Origin: a virus
Lineage: Duplodnaviria > Caudoviricetes
Virus record (IMG/VR): IMGVR_UViG_3300021066_000004
Location: 1 to 49,074 of that record
Direction: 5' to 3' (one strand)
DNA length: 49,074 nucleotides
Of this stretch, positions 1-7,457 are shown piece by piece (position 1 is the first letter of the stretch; every line of letters starts with the position of its first letter). The notes beneath the pieces were generated by a model. It saw only the letters and a list, made by a program, of their open reading frames with translations, made no database searches and was not told where the DNA came from. The translations under genes were made by a program, and so were the position numbers.

Positions 1-127
1 GACAACATCGCCTTTCGCAATCTGCGGTTGGTCGGCACGGGACAGCCGAATTTCAACCTGCGCAGCATTCAGAAGACCGCGATATTAGACAACGTGTATA
101 GCTCGGCGCAGATGAACCTCGTCGGCA
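1..127. repeat. Terminal direct repeat, copy 1 (circular overlap)
   Basis: 1-127 is identical to 48948-49074 and the tailspike frame runs through the junction; most likely assembly overlap of a circular contig. Confidence 0.95.
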
Positions 128-636
128 ATACCACTGGTGTCATCACCCTCACGAATTGCGAATGCGACGGGTCGTTCACGACTGCCGATACCGACACCTC
201 TAGGCAGATCTACATCGGCTGCACTTTTGGATCCACCGCTAACCAGGGGTTCACCGGCAAGGCTTTCTACTCGTGCATTGGCCTGCCCACGGGCTTCACC
301 GCGACGCTCACCGGCATCAGCGGCACCGATCCTACCGCCACGATTCAGGTGCTCTGGGAGGGCGATGCCGTGCGCCTGGTGATGCCTGGACTGCAGGGTA
401 CATCGGACAGCACTGCCGCGACGCTGACCGGCATGCCGGCGAGCATGTTCCCGGCATCTACGCAGACGATACCGATGCGCGTGATTGACAACGGCACGGG
501 CCAGGCTGGATACGGCGAGATCAGCACTGCTGGTGTGATCACGCTGCGGCTCGGCAATGGCAGCGCTTTGTTCACCGCCGCGAATGCCAAGGGCATCAGC
601 GCATTCAATGCCAGCTACGACAGGCGGGTTACATGA
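1..636 (+). CDS. C-terminal part of tailspike / receptor-binding protein (continues from 47523)
   Basis: Frame +1 is in frame with the ORF opened at 47523 once the overlap is merged; Thr/Gly-rich beta-type sequence. Confidence 0.85.
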   Translation, partial: DNIAFRNLRLVGTGQPNFNLRSIQKTAILDNVYSSAQMNLVGNTTGVITLTNCECDGSFTTADTDTSRQIYIGCTFGSTANQGFTGKAFYSCIGLPTGFTATLTGISGTDPTATIQVLWEGDAVRLVMPGLQGTSDSTAATLTGMPASMFPASTQTIPMRVIDNGTGQAGYGEISTAGVITLRLGNGSALFTAANAKGISAFNASYDRRVT

Positions 637-935
637 CCACCCCCGAAGACCGCCGCCGCGAGGCTCCCGATGGACCGGAGGAAGAGATGCGAATGGATGT
701 GCACTTAGACCGGCTCCACATACCGCCATCGACCAAATGGGCCGTGGGCGTGCTGCTCATCGGCATTGCCGGGCTGGTCTCCTGGAACCTGCTGACGACG
801 CTGGCGATACGCGAATCCCAGGCTGACGACAAGCGCGAGATCTACATCGAGATCGGCAAGCTCCAGGCCACGGATCTGGTCACGGATGTACGATTGCGGT
901 CGCTCGAATCTCGAGCGGAAAGGGAACAAAAATGA
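633..935 (+). CDS. Single-TM membrane protein in lysis region
   Basis: Hydrophobic segment WAVGVLLIGIAGLVSWNLL; ATGA overlap with the upstream gene. Confidence 0.65.
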   Translation: MTTPEDRRREAPDGPEEEMRMDVHLDRLHIPPSTKWAVGVLLIGIAGLVSWNLLTTLAIRESQADDKREIYIEIGKLQATDLVTDVRLRSLESRAEREQK

Positions 936-1171
936 ACGTCGTACCTGAGCAGACGAAGGTGGAGCAGGGCGGTACTTATGCAGCCGGGGGCAAAGCAGAG
1001 ATTCATGATCGCGCTGGTCTGTTCGCCGGAATCATTGGATTCGGCGTCGCCATGCTGTCGCTCGGCATTGCGCTGTGGGCGATCAGCCAAGCTCGTGACC
1101 TTCGAACCGAAGTCCTGCTTTTGCGTGAAGACATCCGTCAAATGACGATTGACCAAGCCAAGGATAACTAA
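932..1171 (+). CDS. Small membrane protein (holin/antiholin candidate)
   Basis: TM segment LFAGIIGFGVAMLSLGIALWAI; coupled start. Confidence 0.65.
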   Translation: MNVVPEQTKVEQGGTYAAGGKAEIHDRAGLFAGIIGFGVAMLSLGIALWAISQARDLRTEVLLLREDIRQMTIDQAKDN

Positions 1172-1275
1172 TGCCTGACCAACGCCGAATCATCATTATT
1201 CGCAGCGCCACTGCCATGGTGCGCACCGTCGGCACCTGGATCGCCTCGATGTGGCAGCGGGTCACGGGGCGCTGA
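1171..1275 (+). CDS. 34-aa basic peptide
   Basis: TAATG overlap; fills the gap before the endolysin (MPDQRRIIIIRS...). Confidence 0.4.
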   Translation: MPDQRRIIIIRSATAMVRTVGTWIASMWQRVTGR

Positions 1276-1277
1276 GC

Positions 1278-1796
1278 GTGAACGTCGCCGAGCTCCTAGC
1301 CTGCATGCCCAACGCTGGTAGCCGCGCGCAGACCTATGCGCCGCACATCGGTGATGCGATGCGCGAGTTCGGCATCACGACGCCCCAGCGCCAGGCCGCG
1401 TTCTTGGCCCAGGTCTGCCACGAGACAGGCTCACTGCGATGGGTGCGCGAGCTCGCCGACGGCAGCGCGTACGAGGGCAGGGCGAGCCTCGGCAACACGG
1501 AGCCAGGCGACGGCGTGCGATTCGCTGGCCGCGGACTGCTGCAGATCACGGGACGCGCCAACTACGCCAAGTGTGCGGCTGCGCTCAACATGGACCTGAT
1601 CGACAACCCATCGCTGCTCGAGTCGCCGGCTGCTGCCGCGCGCGCATCGGCGTGGTGGTGGCGTGAGCACGGCTGCAATGAGCTGGCCGACGGCGACAAG
1701 TTCTGCGCGCTCACGAAACTCATCAATGGCGGTTTCAACGGTTTGGACGAACGCTTAGCGCATTGGATACGGGCGCGGAAGGTATTGGGACTATGA
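1278..1796 (+). CDS. Endolysin, glycoside hydrolase family 19
   Basis: Motifs AAFLAQVCHETG, GRGLLQITGRANY, TKLINGGFNGLDER; GTG start at 1278 inferred. Confidence 0.92.
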   Translation: MNVAELLACMPNAGSRAQTYAPHIGDAMREFGITTPQRQAAFLAQVCHETGSLRWVRELADGSAYEGRASLGNTEPGDGVRFAGRGLLQITGRANYAKCAAALNMDLIDNPSLLESPAAAARASAWWWREHGCNELADGDKFCALTKLINGGFNGLDERLAHWIRARKVLGL

Positions 1797-1987
1797 AACA
1801 GATCTACGAGTTTTTCCGCTGCCACGGCACAAAAGCGCTAGGGGTGGCCACCGGCATCATCTCGGCAGTCGCCGCGGTGCCTGGGGTGATTCCCGAAAGC
1901 CAGCTCAAGTACTGGATGGCGGTGATGGGGGTGCTCGTGTACCTGCGCGGCCAATTCAGCCCTGTGCAGCCGCAGGTGAAGCAGTGA
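1793..1987 (+). CDS. Putative holin (2 TM)
   Basis: 64 aa, two hydrophobic segments, directly after the endolysin. Confidence 0.6.
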   Translation: MKQIYEFFRCHGTKALGVATGIISAVAAVPGVIPESQLKYWMAVMGVLVYLRGQFSPVQPQVKQ

Positions 1988-2202
1988 AGCGTTTTGCATT
2001 GGACCTGCCAGTAATGCGCCGCCGGCTGCGTGCCGCTCACGGCCGGGAGCTCAGCAAGGGCCGCGTACGCAAGCGCTCGCCATTCGCGGGCTGCGCGCCA
2101 AGCGAGCACTGCGGGCTGTGCGAATCTCAGCGCACGCATGCACGCCAGGAACGCCGTCGCGAGCGATACGAGGGCCGGGATGCAGCGAGGGTGGCCGAAT
2201 GA
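1984..2202 (+). CDS. Small basic Cys/His protein
   Basis: Overlaps both neighbours by 4 bp; CxxxxxCxxC. Confidence 0.5.
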   Translation: MKRFALDLPVMRRRLRAAHGRELSKGRVRKRSPFAGCAPSEHCGLCESQRTHARQERRRERYEGRDAARVAE

Positions 2203-2678
2203 TCTTCCTGGCTCGCTACTGGCGCGTCATCGCCATCGCCGCAGCCGTCGGCCTGGTGCTGGTCCTGTACCGACACCAGATCGATTCGGCGTACGAGAGG
2301 GGATACGAGGCGGCTACAGCCGACATGGCCGCTCAGGTGGCCCGCGCCAACTTCCAGCAAGCTGCCCGCGATGCGCAGGCTCGCAAGACTTTTCAGGCCA
2401 ATGAATCACGTTGGATCGGAGAGAAGAGTGGGTATCAAAATCAGATCACTGAATTGCTTGCTCGTAAGCCTGTTGTCCGGGTGTGCCGCCCAGCTACCGG
2501 TAGTGGCCAACTGTCCGGAGCCCCTCCCGCCGCCCGCAGCGCTGGTGGAGCCAGTCAGCAAGGAGTCGATCATCTGCCGGATGGGCTCGACGCTGGGCCA
2601 GGACTGGTGCAGCTCGCTGGAGAATGCGAGAGCTACAGGCGCCGGCTCATCGAACTGAAGGAGCGCTGGCCGGAGTAG
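2199..2678 (+). CDS. i-spanin (Rz-like)
   Basis: N-terminal TM, coiled coil, VRVC motif, embedded lipoprotein ORF. Confidence 0.8.
   Translation: MIFLARYWRVIAIAAAVGLVLVLYRHQIDSAYERGYEAATADMAAQVARANFQQAARDAQARKTFQANESRWIGEKSGYQNQITELLARKPVVRVCRPATGSGQLSGAPPAARSAGGASQQGVDHLPDGLDAGPGLVQLAGECESYRRRLIELKERWPE
2401..2658 (+). CDS. o-spanin (Rz1-like lipoprotein) embedded in Rz
   Basis: Lipobox LLSGC followed by Pro-rich CPEPLPPPA in the +1 frame inside Rz; start uncertain. Confidence 0.75.
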   Translation: MNHVGSERRVGIKIRSLNCLLVSLLSGCAAQLPVVANCPEPLPPPAALVEPVSKESIICRMGSTLGQDWCSSLENARATGAGSSN

Positions 2679-2711
2679 CTTATCTCGGGCGATGGCGGCG
2701 TGGCGGGGCAC

Positions 2712-2882
2712 TTATTCCGTCACCTGCGGCGGGAGGGAGGAGGGAGGGTAGCGCGAGTCCCGCCACGGGCCCCAAGTTAAGCAGGCATCGCAGCGGTAGC
2801 TCTTTTGTCTGAACATCTTGCACTTGCGGATCTTGGTGGCGCCGCAGCTCGGGCAATACCTGGGACGAGTCTTGCTGCTCAC
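2712..2882 (-). CDS. 56-aa Zn-ribbon protein (paralog A, absent from ORF track)
   Basis: MSSKTRPRYCPSC...RQKSYRCDACLTWGPWRD; GTG start overlaps the upstream stop. Confidence 0.7.
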   Translation of the reverse strand: MSSKTRPRYCPSCGATKIRKCKMFRQKSYRCDACLTWGPWRDSRYPPSSLPPQVTE

Positions 2883-3139
2883 GGCGCCACCCGCAGCTTA
2901 TGCCTTCTGACTTGGGCTGTTGATCGCTTGTTGCGCCGAGCTCTGAAAAGCACCCGATGGCCTTTGACCTCCACCCCAGTGGATAGCGTGCCTCGGCGGC
3001 TGGTGACGCGCACTACCTTGAATTCCATGTCATGTACTAGCCCGCAGTCGCAGCAGCCCATACGGTACAGCTTCATTGTCGGCCATGCCCACTCGCTCCA
3101 CCCGTCTGGGCCACCATGCATTGTCTTGAGACGCGCCAT
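2879..3139 (-). CDS. Hypothetical protein with CCDCGLVH motif
   Basis: Coupled start after GAGGAG; recurrent phage small-protein motif. Confidence 0.65.
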   Translation of the reverse strand: MARLKTMHGGPDGWSEWAWPTMKLYRMGCCDCGLVHDMEFKVVRVTSRRGTLSTGVEVKGHRVLFRARRNKRSTAQVRRHKLRVAP

Positions 3140-3363
3140 CAGGGGTGCTCCTCGGTCTGGCCTGTCCAATAAGCCCTCGCCAGCCGGCTGAAGCGTTTCT
3201 GCTTGGCGAGGGCCAGCAACTGACGCTGCTTATTTGCTGACCTCTGATCAGACGCTGATCGTCCCGGCCCCTTGCGGTGCTGATGCTTGCGACCGGTATG
3301 GCACTTCACGATGCGGGAAATCTGCACGTGCAGCGGTACCGATTTGTCGAAGGTCAGCCTCAC
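3139..3363 (-). CDS. Basic hypothetical protein
   Basis: Coupled to both neighbours. Confidence 0.55.
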   Translation of the reverse strand: MRLTFDKSVPLHVQISRIVKCHTGRKHQHRKGPGRSASDQRSANKQRQLLALAKQKRFSRLARAYWTGQTEEHP

Positions 3364-3518
3364 GGCGCCACCCGCGGGTCAGGCAGCGCATACAGGGGCG
3401 TCACAGTCTCGCCGCACGCCGGGACGCCGTCCTCGGCGAAGCACAGCTCGCGCTCGCCGTTTTCGAACTCGATGAGGTAGGCGACAAGTTCGGGCTGGTC
3501 AGGGTTTGGGGAAGTCAT
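3360..3518 (-). CDS. 52-aa hypothetical protein (absent from ORF track)
   Basis: MTSPNPDQPELVAYLIEF...RVAP; GGAGG SD and ATGA overlap. Confidence 0.6.
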   Translation of the reverse strand: MTSPNPDQPELVAYLIEFENGERELCFAEDGVPACGETVTPLYALPDPRVAP

Positions 3519-3781
3519 GCGCGCCTCCCGTCATACATGTCGATCGCGCCGGGCGGTTTAGGGAAGGGCATCCAATGAGTGGCGTCACTCCCGTTGTCAC
3601 GGAGACTGCCCCACCAGCCAATGAAGCATCTAATGCCGTCCCAGCAGAGGACGAACACTTCTGGCTTCGGTAAGCGGTCGGTGACGGGAATCCATTCGCT
3701 GGCCACTTGCTGGCCACTGCTGGTGGGCGCGATGGGGGTCGAAGCTATTACCCCTACCATGTCGAGGGAGTTATTGTTCAT
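3515..3781 (-). CDS. DUF551-like protein
   Basis: EWIPVTDRLP...THWMPFPKPP signature. Confidence 0.75.
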   Translation of the reverse strand: MNNNSLDMVGVIASTPIAPTSSGQQVASEWIPVTDRLPKPEVFVLCWDGIRCFIGWWGSLRDNGSDATHWMPFPKPPGAIDMYDGRRA

Positions 3782-3941
3782 TGGTTGCTCCTGCTGGCTT
3801 GGGCGGACGAGTAGCATCGCGCCACGGACCCCACTGATGGCATGCCTGGCAGTAGAAGCTCTTCTGTCGATAGATCTGGCACCGCGCCGGGTTCGGACGT
3901 CGGCAGTGGGGACATGCTGGGGTTTCGAGACGACGGCTCAT
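3771..3941 (-). CDS. 56-aa Zn-ribbon protein (paralog B)
   Basis: AGGAG SD; CPHC...RQKSFYCQACHQWGPWRD. Confidence 0.7.
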   Translation of the reverse strand: MSRRLETPACPHCRRPNPARCQIYRQKSFYCQACHQWGPWRDATRPPKPAGATNEQ

Positions 3942-3955
3942 GCTACAATTTCTCC

Positions 3956-4215
3956 TGTGCCCGAATTTGTACAGCGCATCCGCGGAAACAGGCACAGATA
4001 GGCACATTCAGTTGACCGACTGCACCACGGAAGCAAGCTAAAGCCTGAAAGTACAAAGGATTTTTCCAGCGCCGGGGTAGCTCAGCTGGTAGAGCAACGC
4101 ATTCGTAATGCGTCAGCTGTGTAGAGCAGAATAGTCTAAGAATCACTATAAAACTAGGCATTCAGCTTGTTCTCGATGGACTGAATAACCTCGACGTGTG
4201 CCCTGGTTTGTCCCA
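3956..4215. other. attP region with putative integrase arm-binding repeats
   Basis: TGTGCC at 3956 and 4197, tandem AGGCACA at 3990 and 4000, flanking a tRNA fragment downstream of int. Confidence 0.7.
4071..4113 (+). tRNA. Partial tRNA-Thr(CGT), 5' half only (attP core)
   Basis: GCCGGGG TA GCTC AGCTGGTA GAGC A ACGCA TTCGTAA TGCGT = acceptor 5' strand, D arm, anticodon arm; no T arm or 3' acceptor strand. Confidence 0.85.
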
Positions 4216-4747
4216 AGGCCCGGAACAGTTCCGCCCCAACAATGGCCCTGGCCATCGTCCTGACCGCATCCTCGCCCCAGTTGTTGAGCGAGATATTCAC
4301 TATCAGGCACACCACTCGCACGTTTCCAGCAACATATCCCTTCGAGCAGTCAACGCGGTCTAGGCTGATGCAAAACGGGTTGCGCCGGCTGGCACTATCC
4401 GCGTTTAACGAGAAGTCGATTCCGGTGATAGCGCACCGCCCGTCGGACATGATCGTGAGAGCCTCCAACTCTAGAAGGCTCATATTCTCAGGCCAGTTGC
4501 GCTTCTTGGTCTTGGACCTGATGTGCCTATAGGTTCGATTCAACCAGCTCTGAGAGTCATAGCGCCAAGTAGCCACGACCTTCTCCCATTCTCGGTTGCC
4601 GGTGGTTGCCTTCTGGCTTCGCTCGAATGCCTCCAGGACTTGCTTGGCTCTCTCAAGGTCCTTTGTCTTTGTGGTGCGGCGGTAGTCCCTGCCATTGACC
4701 TTGCCGCGCATCCACCAGGTGCCGTTTCTCTGATACAGGGTGGCCAT
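4154..4747 (-). CDS. Integrase-like N-terminal domain fused to a His-Me finger (HNH-like) nuclease domain
   Basis: N-term LYQRNGTWW..R.TTKT resembles the int N-term; C-term CAITG...SLDRVD.SKGY..GNV..VC..VN; strong SD AGGAGGT. Confidence 0.7.
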   Translation of the reverse strand: MATLYQRNGTWWMRGKVNGRDYRRTTKTKDLERAKQVLEAFERSQKATTGNREWEKVVATWRYDSQSWLNRTYRHIRSKTKKRNWPENMSLLELEALTIMSDGRCAITGIDFSLNADSASRRNPFCISLDRVDCSKGYVAGNVRVVCLIVNISLNNWGEDAVRTMARAIVGAELFRALGQTRAHVEVIQSIENKLNA

Positions 4748-4751
4748 TTAT

Positions 4752-5768
4752 TTACCTCCTTTTTTTCCGTCGATTATCGGAAAACTCCGCGTAATCCTGC
4801 GGGCTGATGTGCCCGTATCGCTCGACCATCCTGCTATCAGACCAGCCGCCGAGCGCCTTGAGTGCCTCGGTCGGCGTGCCAGCCAATTTATGCCAAGCAG
4901 CGAATGTATGCCGCAAGTCATGCAGTCGCAGGCCCGGTAGGTCGGCACGCTTGCATGCCTTGGCCCAGCATGTTTTGAGCGACCGCACCGGAGCGCGGCC
5001 GAGGTGGTCAGTGAACACGTATTCGGCATGCGCACCACGCTGCTGCTGGAGCACTTCGATCGCATCCGGGGGCAGCGGGAAGCCAACGGCGCGCCGGCCC
5101 TTGAACTCGGCAGCTGAGACCCTGAACACCTTGGCTTCGAGGTCAACGTCTTCCCAGCGGAGCCGGAAGACGTTGCTGGCGCGCGCGCCGACGGCGACGG
5201 CGAACCTGGTGATTTGCTTGGCGTGCGGTGGCAGCTCACGAAACAACTGCTCGAACTGTTCCGGCGTGATCCAGCGTGGCTCTGGCTTTTCGACATGCAG
5301 GGCGGCTACTTTGGGGGCGTACTGGAGCCATCCCCATCGGACGCTGGCGTTAAGGACTCCGCGAACAACCGCGAGAATTCGGTTAACTGTCCCCGGCTCT
5401 CTAGGTCGTGGTGGGTAGACATCTCTACCCTCCAAGAGGGATTGTCTAAGATCGGACATTTTGTGAACGTCAATGTCAGCAATGGCATGCCCTTCAAGCA
5501 AACCCGCAAACGCTTCGAATGCTTGTTTATCTCTAAGTATAGATCGTTTGTGGGCTTTCTCTGCCAGCCAGCGCTTTTTCGCGTCTTCCCACGTGTAGAT
5601 GAATTCGCCAAGTTCCTGCTCCTTCCAGATCTGATCTCTCAGCCGCCGTTCAAACTCTTCCGCAAGCGCCTTGCTAGCAGTGCCACACGAGACCCTGACC
5701 TGGCGCTTACGGATTGTGAACTTGCACCACCAGACTGCGCCTGGCTTCGTACTGCGTTTGTACAGCAT
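4752..5768 (-). CDS. int: Tyrosine integrase
   Basis: GAR.SN..L.W.D, HDLRHTFA, LGGWS...RY catalytic motifs. Confidence 0.95.
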   Translation of the reverse strand: MLYKRSTKPGAVWWCKFTIRKRQVRVSCGTASKALAEEFERRLRDQIWKEQELGEFIYTWEDAKKRWLAEKAHKRSILRDKQAFEAFAGLLEGHAIADIDVHKMSDLRQSLLEGRDVYPPRPREPGTVNRILAVVRGVLNASVRWGWLQYAPKVAALHVEKPEPRWITPEQFEQLFRELPPHAKQITRFAVAVGARASNVFRLRWEDVDLEAKVFRVSAAEFKGRRAVGFPLPPDAIEVLQQQRGAHAEYVFTDHLGRAPVRSLKTCWAKACKRADLPGLRLHDLRHTFAAWHKLAGTPTEALKALGGWSDSRMVERYGHISPQDYAEFSDNRRKKRR

Positions 5769-5917
5769 GATTGATGTTTGAGTAGTTGTTGTTCGTCAAA
5801 GCGCCAGAACTTGCCCATCTTGATCGCCGGCAACTGACCGGTACGCGCCCACTCGCGAACCGTTGAAGGCTCAACGGAGTAGCGTGAGGCAACCTGCTCG
5901 ACGGTGAGGATTGTCAT
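5639..5917 (-). CDS. xis: Excisionase (HTH)
   Basis: LTVEQVA...TVREWARTGQLPAIKMGKFWRF; overlaps the int start. Confidence 0.85.
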   Translation of the reverse strand: MTILTVEQVASRYSVEPSTVREWARTGQLPAIKMGKFWRFDEQQLLKHQSCCTNAVRSQAQSGGASSQSVSARSGSRVALLARRLRKSLNGG

Positions 5918-6117
5918 GACGTTAGACATACCCGCTTGGCGGCCAAGTACTCCTGCACGATCGCACGGTAATGGATCAGCGATCGCGCGCCGCGGCGGCT
6001 TGGTGCCTTACCATGGCTGGACAGCTGCTCGTTCACCTTGCGCTTGGTGTTGAGGATGTAGCGCCGATAGCAGCGCATGACGTGACGCGGATCGCCGGGA
6101 TGAGTGTATGCGCTCAT
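5914..6117 (-). CDS. Hypothetical protein
   Basis: Coupled small ORF in left early operon. Confidence 0.55.
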   Translation of the reverse strand: MSAYTHPGDPRHVMRCYRRYILNTKRKVNEQLSSHGKAPSRRGARSLIHYRAIVQEYLAAKRVCLTS

Positions 6118-6311
6118 CCTCCCGCCGCCTCCCTATCAATCTGCTCCGCATCCGCCTCAACGAGATCGATAATGTCGCCCACATCTGCGACCTGCAGTTC
6201 TCGTCCGGAGACAGCTGTCCTACATGCCTTCTCGCGGGCCTGTTCCTCAGAGTCAGCCTCAACAGTAACTGTTGTGTAGGCGTGAACCTCGAGTGTCACG
6301 TGGTACTTCAC
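6114..6311 (-). CDS. Acidic hypothetical protein
   Basis: GTG start with GGAGG; TVEADSEEQA motif. Confidence 0.6.
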   Translation of the reverse strand: MKYHVTLEVHAYTTVTVEADSEEQAREKACRTAVSGRELQVADVGDIIDLVEADAEQIDREAAGG

Positions 6312-6673
6312 TTCGTAGCCTCCGCGATCAGCGACTTCCGGGCGATCTCTGGAGTCTCGCCGAATCCTGCTGGCGACTCCTGCAGGTTGACGAAATCGGG
6401 ATTCACCGCACACCACATGTTTCCGTCAAGGAACACTCTGGTGCTTGGGCCTCCGTGAATTGGGCAGGCTAGTGCAGGCACGTAACCGGCGTAGAGCCCG
6501 TCGTCGCGCCATCGGGATCCATCCCATCTGTTATAGTTCCGACCAGGAGGTCGCTCGCCGTATGCCGGCCTGTCACATAATCCAGCGGGGCAGCCCATGC
6601 TCCACATCGGCACAGAACAAAGACCTTCGCCGTTTTGGTCGAGCTTCTCGTGCCTTTCAGATATCCTGCTCAT
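6308..6673 (-). CDS. Hypothetical protein
   Basis: DGNMWCAV...NLQESPAGFGETPE module; coupled. Confidence 0.65.
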   Translation of the reverse strand: MSRISERHEKLDQNGEGLCSVPMWSMGCPAGLCDRPAYGERPPGRNYNRWDGSRWRDDGLYAGYVPALACPIHGGPSTRVFLDGNMWCAVNPDFVNLQESPAGFGETPEIARKSLIAEATK

Positions 6674-7149
6674 TTGATGGCCTCGGCGATCAGCGGGGCG
6701 AGGTGGGCGGGTGGCTGTTTGATCTCGTAGCCTATAAAGGTTGTTGCGCCCTTAAGCTCCACACACAGCCACCGCACAGCCTCCAACAGCAGACGCTCTC
6801 GATCCTGTAGCTGGTAGATTTTCTCTCGTTGGACGACAAGTGTTGGGTCATTGTCCTTCTCCAACTCCGCCACGCGTTCGCGCAGGCGCTCATTCTCATC
6901 TGTGAGCAGCGCATTCGCGGACCTCTCAGACTCCACGGCGTCGGGGCGAGACTCTGAGTGCAGCTTGCGGGCCGTCGCAAGCTCGTGGCGAGATATCTCA
7001 TGTGCAGCGTTCATGCCGTTAATTGCGGCAGACTGCACGAGCTTGAGTTGTTTCTGTAGTGACTCCACCTGTTCGCGCAGGCGGGCTAGTTCGGCTTCGG
7101 CAATCTCTCGTGAAAACGGGACTGCGAAACTCACCTTGAGTTTATTCAC
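6670..7149 (-). CDS. Coiled-coil hypothetical protein
   Basis: GTG start inferred from overlap; heptad-rich. Confidence 0.6.
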   Translation of the reverse strand: MNKLKVSFAVPFSREIAEAELARLREQVESLQKQLKLVQSAAINGMNAAHEISRHELATARKLHSESRPDAVESERSANALLTDENERLRERVAELEKDNDPTLVVQREKIYQLQDRERLLLEAVRWLCVELKGATTFIGYEIKQPPAHLAPLIAEAIK

Positions 7150-7457
7150 TTCCCACTCCTGGCTGCGTCGATGGCCGAGCCCAAATCCACATGCAAGGTA
7201 TAGGCAATATCGCCGCCAGCGCACCAGCCGAGCCCGGATGCCGCTGGGTAGACATCACGACCATGCGTGCTGTACCAGTTAATACGCTCCCGATCCTCCC
7301 TCAGCCCCGCGTTCTCGGCGGAGAGTCGCTTATTCTGACGGCGCTCGCGGTCTCGGTGTGCTCGGACCTCGCCTAGCTGGGCCTCCAGCTGAGCTATGCG
7401 GGCGCGCAGTTGCACACATTCCTGGCGGTACGTGTCTATGCATTCTTTTTCAGACAT
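7146..7457 (-). CDS. Coiled-coil hypothetical protein
   Basis: Ends AIDAAR, typical of lambdoid early-left proteins. Confidence 0.6.
   Translation of the reverse strand: MSEKECIDTYRQECVQLRARIAQLEAQLGEVRAHRDRERRQNKRLSAENAGLREDRERINWYSTHGRDVYPAASGLGWCAGGDIAYTLHVDLGSAIDAARSGK

Noticed and set aside
1-127. Biological terminal repeat
   Set aside because: It falls mid-gene in the tailspike, far from terminase, and 127 is a common assembler k-mer length
4071-4140. Functional phage tRNA gene
   Set aside because: No T arm or 3' acceptor strand; better explained as the att core
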